NCBI GenBank assembly: GCA_965116885.1
Contig: OZ220741.1
Span: 3,584,001-3,648,000, forward strand
Source: Candidatus Latescibacterota bacterium
GTDB taxonomy: Bacteria; Latescibacterota; UBA2968
Direction of reading: 5' to 3'
DNA: 64,000 bases
Positions 1 to 9,175 of the stretch are shown piece after piece. The notes under the pieces were generated by a model that was not told the origin of the DNA, did no database searches, and worked only from the letters and a program-made list of their open reading frames with translations. Within the stretch, counting starts at the first letter, position 1. Each line of letters starts with the position of its first letter. Made by a program: the position numbers and the translations under genes.

Positions 1-464
1 AAATAAACCACTTGTCTATTATTGTATATGTGATAAACCGTAGGATAGGAAAGCGAGTTTCTTATTTCAGGGGCTGGATACCAGTCTTTTACACTGTTTC
101 CAATATCCGCTACCTTTTTGGATATTAAATGTGTTCCTGGCGTTCTGTGACAACCCGACAAAATATGTAAAAAGTCATCATTATCAGCCCAGATTATGGG
201 GCAATAATGCTGGTCGTTTGAGCCTTTGGTCCCCAGTTGTAGGGGAGACGAAAAGGACTTTGTCTCAGGGTTAAGAGAAATAACAAAAGGATATGTCTTT
301 TCCTTGGTCTCAGCATCCATTGGTGCCCCGCCATTATAGACGATATATACTCGATTGTTGATAAAGATGGCTTGAGGGCGCTGCCTTCTGTCATAGATCA
401 TTTTTAATTGTCCCCCACTTCCAAAGGGAACAACGGAAAAATCCATTTGTTTCTCAGTATCCAC
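1..464 (-). CDS. BNR-4 repeat beta-propeller protein (ulvan-lyase PL24-like), 5' part; runs off the window edge
   Basis: Not in the ORF track. Translated by hand from GTG at 464 with GGAGG upstream; frame open to base 1; contains DQHYCPIIWADNDDFLHILSGCH and SYPTV, resembling BNR_4 motifs. Confidence 0.65.
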   Translation of the reverse strand, partial: MDTEKQMDFSVVPFGSGGQLKMIYDRRQRPQAIFINNRVYIVYNGGAPMDAETKEKTYPFVISLNPETKSFSSPLQLGTKGSNDQHYCPIIWADNDDFLHILSGCHRTPGTHLISKKVADIGNSVKDWYPAPEIRNSLSYPTVYHIYNNRQVVY

Positions 465-516
465 AGCCTGACCTCCAAATGCAATTGGTAAAATAAGTTC
501 GCATGGTGAAGTTTCT

Positions 517-831
517 TCAATCTTGATGAAATACCTCGCGCAGTGGTATGCAGACCGGCGAGTTGTCGGGATTGGTGTCCATGATATCGGCCATGTAGGC
601 CCACCACTTCTTGACGATTGCGGTCTCCGGCAACTCATCTGCAGTATTGTCGTCGGTCAGCTTCTGCACGGCAAAGAGTGTCAGCGTCTCCTCATCGAGA
701 AAAATTGAATAGTCCGAGACGCCAGCTTTGCCCAATTCTTCAGCCAGTTCGGGCCAAATTTCGTCGTGGCGCTTTTTGTACTCGGCTTCGTAACCGGGCT
801 TTAGCTGCATCTTGAAAGCATTGCGTTGCAT
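517..831 (-). CDS. rhaM: L-rhamnose mutarotase
   Basis: 104 aa with EYKKRHDEIWPEL, DYSIFLDEET, KWWAYMADIM, PLREVFH; AGGAG RBS. Confidence 0.95.
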   Translation of the reverse strand: MQRNAFKMQLKPGYEAEYKKRHDEIWPELAEELGKAGVSDYSIFLDEETLTLFAVQKLTDDNTADELPETAIVKKWWAYMADIMDTNPDNSPVCIPLREVFHQD

Positions 832-865
832 GATATTTTACTCCTGACTTCGAGGATGAAGGGTG

Positions 866-2965
866 TTAGCATTCGTCCCTTGAATTGTTGTTAAAGTCGA
901 GGTTGAGTTTGTAATCGCCCTTGCAAATTTCAATCTGGCCGCTATCATAATTGGATTGGATATAAGGGCTGTCGAAAACTTTTGGGTGCTCATAATCGAC
1001 ATACTTTCCACCAACTGTAGGCACATCGCTTGTATTGGCCGCATTAAATACCATTTCTGCCATTTCAGGCGCGGCACTCTTATAAACGACAACAATGCCT
1101 GTTTCTCTTGTTACCACGGTTCTATAGAGTGTGAGTTCGCCCTGCAAAATCATACGCTTAAAACTTTCCAATGTTGGGTGATCTGCCTTGCGACCTGCTT
1201 CTATCAGAACGGGACTGTATCTGTTGGTCAGTTGCAAAAACGTCCGATCGTTATTGAATCTATAGCTGTCGTTTCTAAGAACCACATTGCCCCGGTACCT
1301 GTCGGTCCCTTTTGCCCAGGCTTTGGCATCGGCCTCTGCTTCCAAAAGAATAACCCGTATTGCCACATAGACATTTCCCTTCTCTGCAAATATCCATCCA
1401 TCTGTTTCATCAATACGATCCCATCCGTTGCCTAAGAATAACCCGAATTCCCGATCATACCGATTGTCATTGGCTGGATACCAGTCTGGATTGGATTGTG
1501 CCCAACGTCTTCTTTGTTGGGTGATCAGTACTTGCTTATGCTGGACGCTGTGATACACCAATTCCATATCGTAGATATTTTCACCTTCGCGTTCTCCTTC
1601 TGGCGTATCCAGTGCAATGGTTGCCAGACGGGTGTTGGGATCTCTGGTCACCAGACCTTGCCAGCGCCCGGCGGTTGATAGGTGGTTGTAAAGCGCATAA
1701 GGGTGATCCATCTGAGTCCCCAGCACATAATCTGGCGTTATCCAGGTGTATTTGACAAACCGCGATGGCGTATCTCCCATCACGGTGCGCTCCGTCCCCA
1801 ATGGACGAGGGCTGGTAGGTTCTTCTTCTCCAATGCCTCGAGAGAGATATGCAAATGACCCGAGCCCTTTTCGATCCAGAGCCAATTCCCATACGACTCT
1901 TGGCCAGGCGTAGTCGCTTAAGAGTTGTTGTGGATAGTTGAACGAGGTTTTGCCCTCACCACCCAGATAGAAAATGGCGAGATCCGACATAGAATCGTAC
2001 CCACCAACAGTCTTGTGATGGCGCGTTTTGGGACCACCTCGTAAACCTGCAATTTGTAGCTGTGCCCAATCGGTCCACATCAGATCTAAAAACATGCCAA
2101 TTTTCTTTTTTAGCCCCTCATCACCACAGAAATTGTAGAGCATAAGAATATAACTGATGGTGTACTTCATATAGGTAGGCGAACCATTTTCAAGAAAGAA
2201 TCCCCGCTTTGCACGCTCAGTGAAATAGTCATTGAGATAGGGCAACCAGGCATCGTAATGATCGGCTGCGTTATAAGATTTTCCATCCGCCCAATTTGCG
2301 CGCCCACCACCGTGTCGATCATTGCTGCCCTGCCCACAATAGCCCGACTCGCCGTATCCGATGCCATCTCCATAACCGAGGTCGGGATAAATGCGGTCAA
2401 CATACTCGGGTTCATTGGCAAAAATACGCGCACTTAAAAGATTACAGGCTTTTGTATTCAGGTCGTGATTCTCACTACCCGCGATCCACCAGGTGCTCTT
2501 TTTTGCGACAGAAATATCATTTTTGTACCTGGTTCGCGCCCATAGTAAAGCCAGCAAAGTTCGCTCTGTTTCAGGCGTGAGTCGATTTGGCATCTGTGTA
2601 CTTTTAGACCCAAACCAATTGTAGAATGTAATCAGCCTTGGATTGCGCCACAGGCTGTAGAGACTCTGCCCGGGTTGTATGCCTTTCTCCTCACATTCTG
2701 CGAGATTTGCCAGTTCGATTTGAAAATCTATCGTCAATTCTTTGTTGACTTCGTTTAGATTTTGGTTGAGCCACATCTGATCAAATAGCTGGCGGTCTTT
2801 GCCCGAGAAATCTGATTTTGCACCTGCTTCAAAGGCTTGTTGAATGCGTTGGGGGCGCGTTTCCAATTCTTTTGCCATCAATTCGGTGATACGCTTGTCG
2901 ATGGGTGAATCACCAAATTCCAGAAGGGATCGAAACCAACTGTTTTTAGCATCTGCTTCAGGCAT
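866..2965 (-). CDS. Uncharacterised ~700 aa protein ('SENH' family; heparinase II/III-like lyase architecture suspected)
   Basis: ATG at 2965 lies directly after the upstream stop; clearly homologous to the C-terminal half of 5232..9056 (SENH, AADHYDAW, LDLMWTDWAQ..GLRGG, KVFDSPYI). Confidence 0.75.
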   Translation of the reverse strand: MPEADAKNSWFRSLLEFGDSPIDKRITELMAKELETRPQRIQQAFEAGAKSDFSGKDRQLFDQMWLNQNLNEVNKELTIDFQIELANLAECEEKGIQPGQSLYSLWRNPRLITFYNWFGSKSTQMPNRLTPETERTLLALLWARTRYKNDISVAKKSTWWIAGSENHDLNTKACNLLSARIFANEPEYVDRIYPDLGYGDGIGYGESGYCGQGSNDRHGGGRANWADGKSYNAADHYDAWLPYLNDYFTERAKRGFFLENGSPTYMKYTISYILMLYNFCGDEGLKKKIGMFLDLMWTDWAQLQIAGLRGGPKTRHHKTVGGYDSMSDLAIFYLGGEGKTSFNYPQQLLSDYAWPRVVWELALDRKGLGSFAYLSRGIGEEEPTSPRPLGTERTVMGDTPSRFVKYTWITPDYVLGTQMDHPYALYNHLSTAGRWQGLVTRDPNTRLATIALDTPEGEREGENIYDMELVYHSVQHKQVLITQQRRRWAQSNPDWYPANDNRYDREFGLFLGNGWDRIDETDGWIFAEKGNVYVAIRVILLEAEADAKAWAKGTDRYRGNVVLRNDSYRFNNDRTFLQLTNRYSPVLIEAGRKADHPTLESFKRMILQGELTLYRTVVTRETGIVVVYKSAAPEMAEMVFNAANTSDVPTVGGKYVDYEHPKVFDSPYIQSNYDSGQIEICKGDYKLNLDFNNNSRDEC

Positions 2966-2966
2966 A

Positions 2967-5186
2967 TTATTGCTCCACTGTATCGGTATCAAATGCCCAT
3001 CCGTCCCACATGTTGTCAACGGTCGCTGGTACATCCTCTCGAAAGTTTCGGGTATCGACCCACCACTGACGGTTTGGTGATGGTCCATGCGACAGGTTAA
3101 AATATGGCGTCATACCATCTCGTTGATACTCACAGGGGACAACGAGACGCACGACAGGTCGATCGCGGTCAGCAGAGCGGTTGACACCTCCCCCGTGAAT
3201 AAGGCGAGGATGCCAGAAAACAACGTCTCCTGCTTTGCCGGAAAATTCCACTGGCGCAATCTCTCGCAGCACATTGTCACGGGCTTTGCTATACGGCTCT
3301 GCGAGGTCGGGGTCAAGGGGACCGTAAACAGTCGTGTGATACAGGTGACTCATGTAATGTGACCCCGGCCAGATTGTAAAGCCACCAGAGTGCGGAGGCA
3401 CCGTATCTACAAAAACCATTGCAGACAATTGAGCCGCTGTATGGTCTCCATGGGGAGCCAAACGACTTTCTGAATTTGGTGGTTTTGGAAATATACAATA
3501 GACCCCGCGTACCCGGTTTGAACGCTTAACCGGCTCGCCGATAAACAATGAAACCAACTGCCGCATACGTGGATGGTTGGCGATCTTATCGACAAAAAAA
3601 GGCTCTGTACCAATTTTGCGCGAGCGCATCTTCCATGTGCCGCGAGAAAAGTGCCCTGCCTTTTCGGCATCTGCCTCTGTCCACTGTCCGTGTGGCGCAT
3701 CGAACCACGTTTGCACATCGTCGCGTTTGACAATTTCACGCGGCACATTTTCCCACACATAATCCACGATCCGGTCAAACGTCTCCGTCTCTTGCAGAAA
3801 CCCGCGTTTCACAATAAAACCATTCTCTTTGAAAAACGCGACTTCGGCTTCGCTGAGGGTTGGGTCTCCGTTCACAAATTCTGGATCGGGCAAGAGGGTG
3901 GGGTCTCCGTTCGCAAATTCTGGATTGACCAATACATGGGGATCGCGGATGACGACGTCTTCGGAAATTCTGAGCGCGTGTAAACCGCTTCCTTCAAATG
4001 GCGGCACCACAAGATTGTAGAATTGTTGCGCTTTCTCTTTCTGATTCATGCATGCCAATTCGGCTTTCACAGGCTCAAAATCCATATCTAAATAAAGGTA
4101 AGCGGCGAGCCTCAGACATCTAAATGCTGGCTCCCCAGAAAAGGGTTGGATCTGTGGAAGCGTCCACTCGAGATCGCCCGTCCAGTAGGGAAGAAGCCAA
4201 TCAAAGGCGCGTCGCATGGATCGCCCATCGGCAGATTCAAAATTGGCGAGATCAATACCCCACTGTCGGCCAATTTCAGCGAGTTCTAAAAGCAGCTCCA
4301 AATTCATACTCGCGTATCCAAGTGATTTTGTGCGTGCGAGTTCCAGCGGCTGTTGACCATCTGGCTCAATCTGATTGGCAATCCTTCTTTCTCCCACCCC
4401 TTTTAATATCATTCGCGCAAGATCTGATTGTCCTACAAAAAGCGCGAATGTCACAACCTGAACATCATAAGAACTCGAATGGTTATTGCCGTGACGCGCT
4501 TCGTCAACGCCATAAGGATGCTTCAACATCCATTCGAGAAACGCATGAAACCAGGCTTGCAAATCTTCCATATCTTTTTTCGACCAGTTCTTAGAGTCGC
4601 GCAAAAAACTGACCGCAGGGAGCATCTCGCGTGCAAATGCAGCCGTCTCAATAAGCCCGATACCTCGCCCTTCGCATATCCCGGGTATGGCCTGTCCAAA
4701 CAAGAGGTTTGGGTTCATCCTGGTTTCGGGATTCATAAACCATGTTCGCAACAACAATGCAGCATGTGCCGCGTAGTCTTCTCGATGTGTAAAACCATAC
4801 GCAAACCCCAGTGTTTTCACTGTTGAAATGAATTTTGCCAATAAAGGGCGGTCCGTTTTTTCGACCTCGGGATTGACCTCGCCATCTCGTCGGATATATG
4901 GCAAACCGTCGGGCTTATCGGGGTCTGGCCACCAGTAAGGCCCAACACTCATGTAATCGTGTTTGTCACCACTGGCAGGCAAGATCGGTTTGTTCACAAT
5001 GGTCAGCGGTTCCTGCTGCAAAGCGGCATCCGCTTTCACAAGCAAGGCTTTAAGGGCTTGCCCACACGGGTTATCTTCCCGTTTGCTCAACGAGCGCGCC
5101 CGCTTGATGTAGTCGGGATCTACTGTAAATATGGGTTCAGCCGGTGAAAACGCCTTGAGCAGATCAACTTCTTTGTCCGGATACAT
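2967..5186 (-). CDS. Fusion: alginate-lyase/PL38-type polysaccharide lyase + PhyH-family Fe(II)/2OG dioxygenase
   Basis: N-half: GDKHDYMSVGPYWWPDP..DGLPYIRRDG, NNH, QIEPDGQQPLELART. C-half: FFKENGFIV, PHGDH, GGFTIWPGSH, GDVVFWHPRLIHGG. Confidence 0.85.
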   Translation of the reverse strand: MYPDKEVDLLKAFSPAEPIFTVDPDYIKRARSLSKREDNPCGQALKALLVKADAALQQEPLTIVNKPILPASGDKHDYMSVGPYWWPDPDKPDGLPYIRRDGEVNPEVEKTDRPLLAKFISTVKTLGFAYGFTHREDYAAHAALLLRTWFMNPETRMNPNLLFGQAIPGICEGRGIGLIETAAFAREMLPAVSFLRDSKNWSKKDMEDLQAWFHAFLEWMLKHPYGVDEARHGNNHSSSYDVQVVTFALFVGQSDLARMILKGVGERRIANQIEPDGQQPLELARTKSLGYASMNLELLLELAEIGRQWGIDLANFESADGRSMRRAFDWLLPYWTGDLEWTLPQIQPFSGEPAFRCLRLAAYLYLDMDFEPVKAELACMNQKEKAQQFYNLVVPPFEGSGLHALRISEDVVIRDPHVLVNPEFANGDPTLLPDPEFVNGDPTLSEAEVAFFKENGFIVKRGFLQETETFDRIVDYVWENVPREIVKRDDVQTWFDAPHGQWTEADAEKAGHFSRGTWKMRSRKIGTEPFFVDKIANHPRMRQLVSLFIGEPVKRSNRVRGVYCIFPKPPNSESRLAPHGDHTAAQLSAMVFVDTVPPHSGGFTIWPGSHYMSHLYHTTVYGPLDPDLAEPYSKARDNVLREIAPVEFSGKAGDVVFWHPRLIHGGGVNRSADRDRPVVRLVVPCEYQRDGMTPYFNLSHGPSPNRQWWVDTRNFREDVPATVDNMWDGWAFDTDTVEQ
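3855..3925. repeat. 39-bp-period tandem duplication in the inter-domain linker (PEFANGDPTL / PEFVNGDPTL)
   Basis: gagggttgggtctccgttcacaaattctggat at 3855-3886 versus gagggtggggtctccgttcgcaaattctggat at 3894-3925. Confidence 0.9.
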
Positions 5187-5231
5187 GTGAATACTCCTGT
5201 TTTAAGTTGGTTATTGTAATTTGTCTTCTGC

Positions 5232-8200
5232 CTATTTTGTAAAATCGAGGATCTTCTTTCGCGTCCCCTTGCTGATGGTGACAACCCCGCTGTTCCACTC
5301 AGCATTGAGAAAGGGGCTTTCAAAGACTTTCTTTGGCGCGTAGTCGATCGGCTGGCCATTGATTGAGGGTACCGCTTTGGCGCTGGTATCAAAGGTGAGC
5401 TGATCGCCATAGATGGTTTTGTAGCTCAGCACCGTTTCATCCATATGAACTTCACAGGCCTTCACCTTTTTTTTGAAAGCGTCGAAACTCGTGACATCGC
5501 TCCTGGCCATGACTTCAATGATCACTGGTGCGTATTCGTCATTGGGGATCATGGTCGCGTTTTCGGGGACAAAACGATCCGTTTCAAACTCGCCATCCAT
5601 CCACTTGAAACCGCCTGTGGCCACGCGGATTGCCGCATAAGCGCCTTTGGCCTCGACATAGACCACACCATCCTCTTCCACTGGCGTGCCCAATCCGCTC
5701 TTCGACATCCAGATGATCATCTCGGCACCGCCCTTATGGTGCTTGAGCTTCTGGGTAATCAAGCTTCCCTTGCTCTGCACAGACCACTGTGCGTTCATGG
5801 CCACCCGGTTGTCTTTGGGGCGAGCGATGGGAACGATACGCGCATCGTGTTCGCCGGCAAAGATCACGCCTTGCCAGCGGTTTTGTGCACTGATCGCAGC
5901 CCAATCCTCCAGGGGCCTCGCTTCCGTCATCGGCGTTCCCATGATGAAGGCGGGATCACAGTAGCTGTAGCGCAGAATACCACCTCCATCGGTTCGCATC
6001 CTGGTCGGCACTTTTGTAGCAGCAATCTTCAAAGGGCGACCCGTTTTTCCCAGCCCCTGGGGACGCTGCCGCACCTCGTAGCGTCCTCGTCCTGCCACGT
6101 CGATTGCGATATCGGCCACCACGGCTGGTGGCCGGTAGTCGCTGAGAGCCGCGTTTACGTCATGACCATAAACAGCGGGCTGCTTGCCGATGCCAAAGTA
6201 GAACCAGGCCAGCGGCGCATTGCCATGATCCCGGTTTTGCTTAAGCCCTTTCCAAAAATAGATGCGCGACCGCCCACCACCTTGAACGCCGTCAATCTGT
6301 TCCTGCGCCCAATAGGCAAAATAAAGATCGAGCAACAGCCCGGCCGACCGTCTCACCTGCGGGTCACCAAAGTCGTAGAAATTGTAGAATCCCTTGATCA
6401 GTGTGCTGTTATAGTCGTCGCACATCATCTCGATGCACAGGCTTTTGCGCGCACGTTCACGGCAGTAGATCACAAAATACGCATTCCAGGCCCGATAGTG
6501 TTCCGCCGCGGTAGCGCCGTCATCATACTTGAGATCCCTGTATTCGGGCCGATCTTTCGCGATTTTGGCAAACTGCCAGCAGACCGTAAAACTCATGGCA
6601 TGATGATTCTCCGACAGGTAGATGTGCCAGGTCTTAGATTTCTCGTATTCCGCCTTATCAAGTCGGGAAACCTTTCTGACGTACTCCCAAATCGGCTTGA
6701 GAGCGAGGGCTTCGGTCTTTTTGGTGATGCGATTACTACCATCGGTGCCGTACATCTCAATCAGTCGCATGACGATCTCCGCATGCCAGTGAAAACTGTC
6801 GCGGTCATTGATGTCCAGGGGGTTGTCGAGATAATGCTGGGCATTTTCGGCAAGTGCGGCATTGGCTTCTTCCAGCATCTCGTTCAGGTAGAGGCAACGT
6901 GCGGCAAATCCCACCATGGAATAGGAATAGGCTCGCACATAATTTCCTCGCCCTGGATCGAGAGGCTTCTGCTTTTTTGCCCGCACCAACGGCTTGCCGG
7001 ATTCAGCGCGAAACATCGCATCCACGCGTTGGCCAAAGCCGGCCACGATCGCTTCGGGGGTAAAATTCTTCTTCACTGGTTCCGCTCCTTGTGGCTGACT
7101 GGTATCGATTTCCAGTTGTAAATAATCGTACATAACGCCAAAGTGGGGATAGTTCTGTCGTTGTCCGCGGTGTTTTTTTCGTGGGAGGAGGTCGAGCGTC
7201 AACACATTCTCCCCTGTACGCAACAGCGTCGCATCAAACGCGATAAAGTGCTCACTGAATCGCCCGTAGATGCCACTGCGAGGAAGCGCACTGTCGTTCT
7301 CCAAACCGGTAATTTTATCCAGAGATTTGCCATTGAGGCCGATAGCGATTCCCCCATCGCGATTCACCGACGCCAGGGCGATTGTGAGGGTCGCACGTCC
7401 GGACATTGGCTTGTCACCGCATTGAAATCGAATCTTCCAGGTAGGCAGTCGCCAGTTGCCCTTTCCAGTGCGATCAGCAGGCTGTATGCGGGGTTGCCAT
7501 CCACCTTTCTCTTCCCAAATTGCCATCTGTGCATAATTCCAGTCGCTTCGCTCTTTACTCTTGCCGATCGCGAAATCGACGTCCTCGGGAAAATCGTTCT
7601 GGTAATTGAACCATAGTCCCCAGTGACGATGGTCATCTCCACGTCGAAATTCAGCAGCAGTTCGGTCTGGTTTTCCGACACGCCAGAGCAACTTGCCGAA
7701 AGAGCGGGGTGACCACTGCAGACTGCCGAGTTTGATTTCGCCGGTTGCGTCGATCGTGACGTCGTCTTTTCTAAACTCGCCAATCATGTCAGGTGCAAAC
7801 GCATAAAGCGTATATTTTCCTTTTCGAACAGCCGGTATTGCAAAGGAACCATCATCCGCCATCCTGGCACGGTAGATGTAGTTCTCTGCGCCTTGCTGCT
7901 GCCAGCCCAGCCCTCGGTGTTCCTGGGGGCGCGCCAGAACGACCCATCCATTGCTGTGGTGTGTCAGACCCGTATCTTTGAATTGTCCCGTAACCACAGC
8001 CCTGTCGATCGGATACTCTGGATGTTCCAGCCAACTGTAGGGCCAGCGCTTTCGGTGTTTTTCACCCTCGCGCTTTGCATCATACCACAGATGCTGGGCA
8101 TCTTCACCTTTGTTCATATAAACAAAAACCGGCCCGAAGATCTTCTCCCATTTACCGCTGACATAATCTCCTCTGCTGCCGTAGTGGTGAGAATAAAGCA

Positions 8201-9056
8201 GCTTCAGGATGATCGGCCCCCGATCAGTCGCGTGGCTGGTATTGTGCTGCTTTGTCGGACCGCCGCAGAGGTATTCATTGCTCGGCGTGACCATCCACAC
8301 GCCCTGTTTTCCATTGTGCAAACCGTGTACAAGAGCCTCCTCGGTTGGAGATGACCAGTTATACTTTGTATCTACTTCTCCCGATTGGAGCGTATGTGTG
8401 GCATCCATCACCATGCCCTTTGCGCTGGATATTGCCTTGCTATCCGGAATCACACCCGAGAGCTTGTCATTGACCCTGATATTCACCATCGAATCGTTTA
8501 GGCGCATCCCAAAACGAAGCTGTGTCAGCACGGCGTCGCCCGTATCCCCGGGTTTGCTGGCCACAACATAATAATAGAACCCCGAATCACCCGCTCTCAA
8601 GACATAATGAAGTTCCATCTTGAATGGAAAGCCTTCGGGTTGTTTGGGGGTGAATGAAATATCGACCATTTCCGGGCTATTGACGTGGATGTTGAACTCA
8701 GGGCTTTGGTCGCGCAAAAATTTTGCTCTTACACTCGACTCTTTGCCCGCCATATAGTTTGTTTCTGAGTCTTCGACATAACTGGCCAGGATGGTGAAAT
8801 ATCCAAACTGCCTGGGAGATAGGAGAGCGTCCCCCTGATGTGCCAGTGAGATAATCCGTCCCGTAGATTTTTGGATCGTCATCGAAACGGAACTGTTCTC
8901 GAGGATGATTCTATTGCCAGATTCAACAAGCATCGAAACCTCGGCGAAAACCGGCGTGCTGATCATACACTGGATGGATACAAGCAGACTACACGCCGCT
9001 AATCTGCCCAATCCAATTTTTTTGAACATTTTGTGTTTTGCTATGAGGCGTTGCAC
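5232..9056 (-). CDS. Secreted fusion: PL4 rhamnogalacturonan lyase + uncharacterised 'SENH' domain
   Basis: Signal-like N-terminus; PL4 motifs YVLRAGDSGFY, TKYNWS, NEYLCGGPTKQ, KIFGP, WPYSW, GKPDRTAAEF, YDYLQLE; last ~600 aa homologous to 866..2965. Confidence 0.85.
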   Translation of the reverse strand: MQRLIAKHKMFKKIGLGRLAACSLLVSIQCMISTPVFAEVSMLVESGNRIILENSSVSMTIQKSTGRIISLAHQGDALLSPRQFGYFTILASYVEDSETNYMAGKESSVRAKFLRDQSPEFNIHVNSPEMVDISFTPKQPEGFPFKMELHYVLRAGDSGFYYYVVASKPGDTGDAVLTQLRFGMRLNDSMVNIRVNDKLSGVIPDSKAISSAKGMVMDATHTLQSGEVDTKYNWSSPTEEALVHGLHNGKQGVWMVTPSNEYLCGGPTKQHNTSHATDRGPIILKLLYSHHYGSRGDYVSGKWEKIFGPVFVYMNKGEDAQHLWYDAKREGEKHRKRWPYSWLEHPEYPIDRAVVTGQFKDTGLTHHSNGWVVLARPQEHRGLGWQQQGAENYIYRARMADDGSFAIPAVRKGKYTLYAFAPDMIGEFRKDDVTIDATGEIKLGSLQWSPRSFGKLLWRVGKPDRTAAEFRRGDDHRHWGLWFNYQNDFPEDVDFAIGKSKERSDWNYAQMAIWEEKGGWQPRIQPADRTGKGNWRLPTWKIRFQCGDKPMSGRATLTIALASVNRDGGIAIGLNGKSLDKITGLENDSALPRSGIYGRFSEHFIAFDATLLRTGENVLTLDLLPRKKHRGQRQNYPHFGVMYDYLQLEIDTSQPQGAEPVKKNFTPEAIVAGFGQRVDAMFRAESGKPLVRAKKQKPLDPGRGNYVRAYSYSMVGFAARCLYLNEMLEEANAALAENAQHYLDNPLDINDRDSFHWHAEIVMRLIEMYGTDGSNRITKKTEALALKPIWEYVRKVSRLDKAEYEKSKTWHIYLSENHHAMSFTVCWQFAKIAKDRPEYRDLKYDDGATAAEHYRAWNAYFVIYCRERARKSLCIEMMCDDYNSTLIKGFYNFYDFGDPQVRRSAGLLLDLYFAYWAQEQIDGVQGGGRSRIYFWKGLKQNRDHGNAPLAWFYFGIGKQPAVYGHDVNAALSDYRPPAVVADIAIDVAGRGRYEVRQRPQGLGKTGRPLKIAATKVPTRMRTDGGGILRYSYCDPAFIMGTPMTEARPLEDWAAISAQNRWQGVIFAGEHDARIVPIARPKDNRVAMNAQWSVQSKGSLITQKLKHHKGGAEMIIWMSKSGLGTPVEEDGVVYVEAKGAYAAIRVATGGFKWMDGEFETDRFVPENATMIPNDEYAPVIIEVMARSDVTSFDAFKKKVKACEVHMDETVLSYKTIYGDQLTFDTSAKAVPSINGQPIDYAPKKVFESPFLNAEWNSGVVTISKGTRKKILDFTK

Positions 9057-9175
9057 AATGAAATGTCTTGATTGAGGTTCATTTTTGTATGTTTATATAT
9101 ACGCAGTAGCTCTTTGTCTTGCGCCACACCGATCCGGTAGCGCGGACTGAACTCGAAACAATGGGAAGAATATAT

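Noticed and set aside
194..394. 66-aa minus-strand ORF
   Set aside because: Out-of-frame overlap with the longer BNR-4 reading frame 1..464.
865..871. TGCTAAC overlapping the stop of 866..2965 as an attC inverse core
   Set aside because: No palindrome or partner core in the 34-bp gap; likely chance.
5445..7121. 558-aa plus-strand ORF
   Set aside because: Antisense shadow of the PL4 fusion gene; no recognisable motifs.
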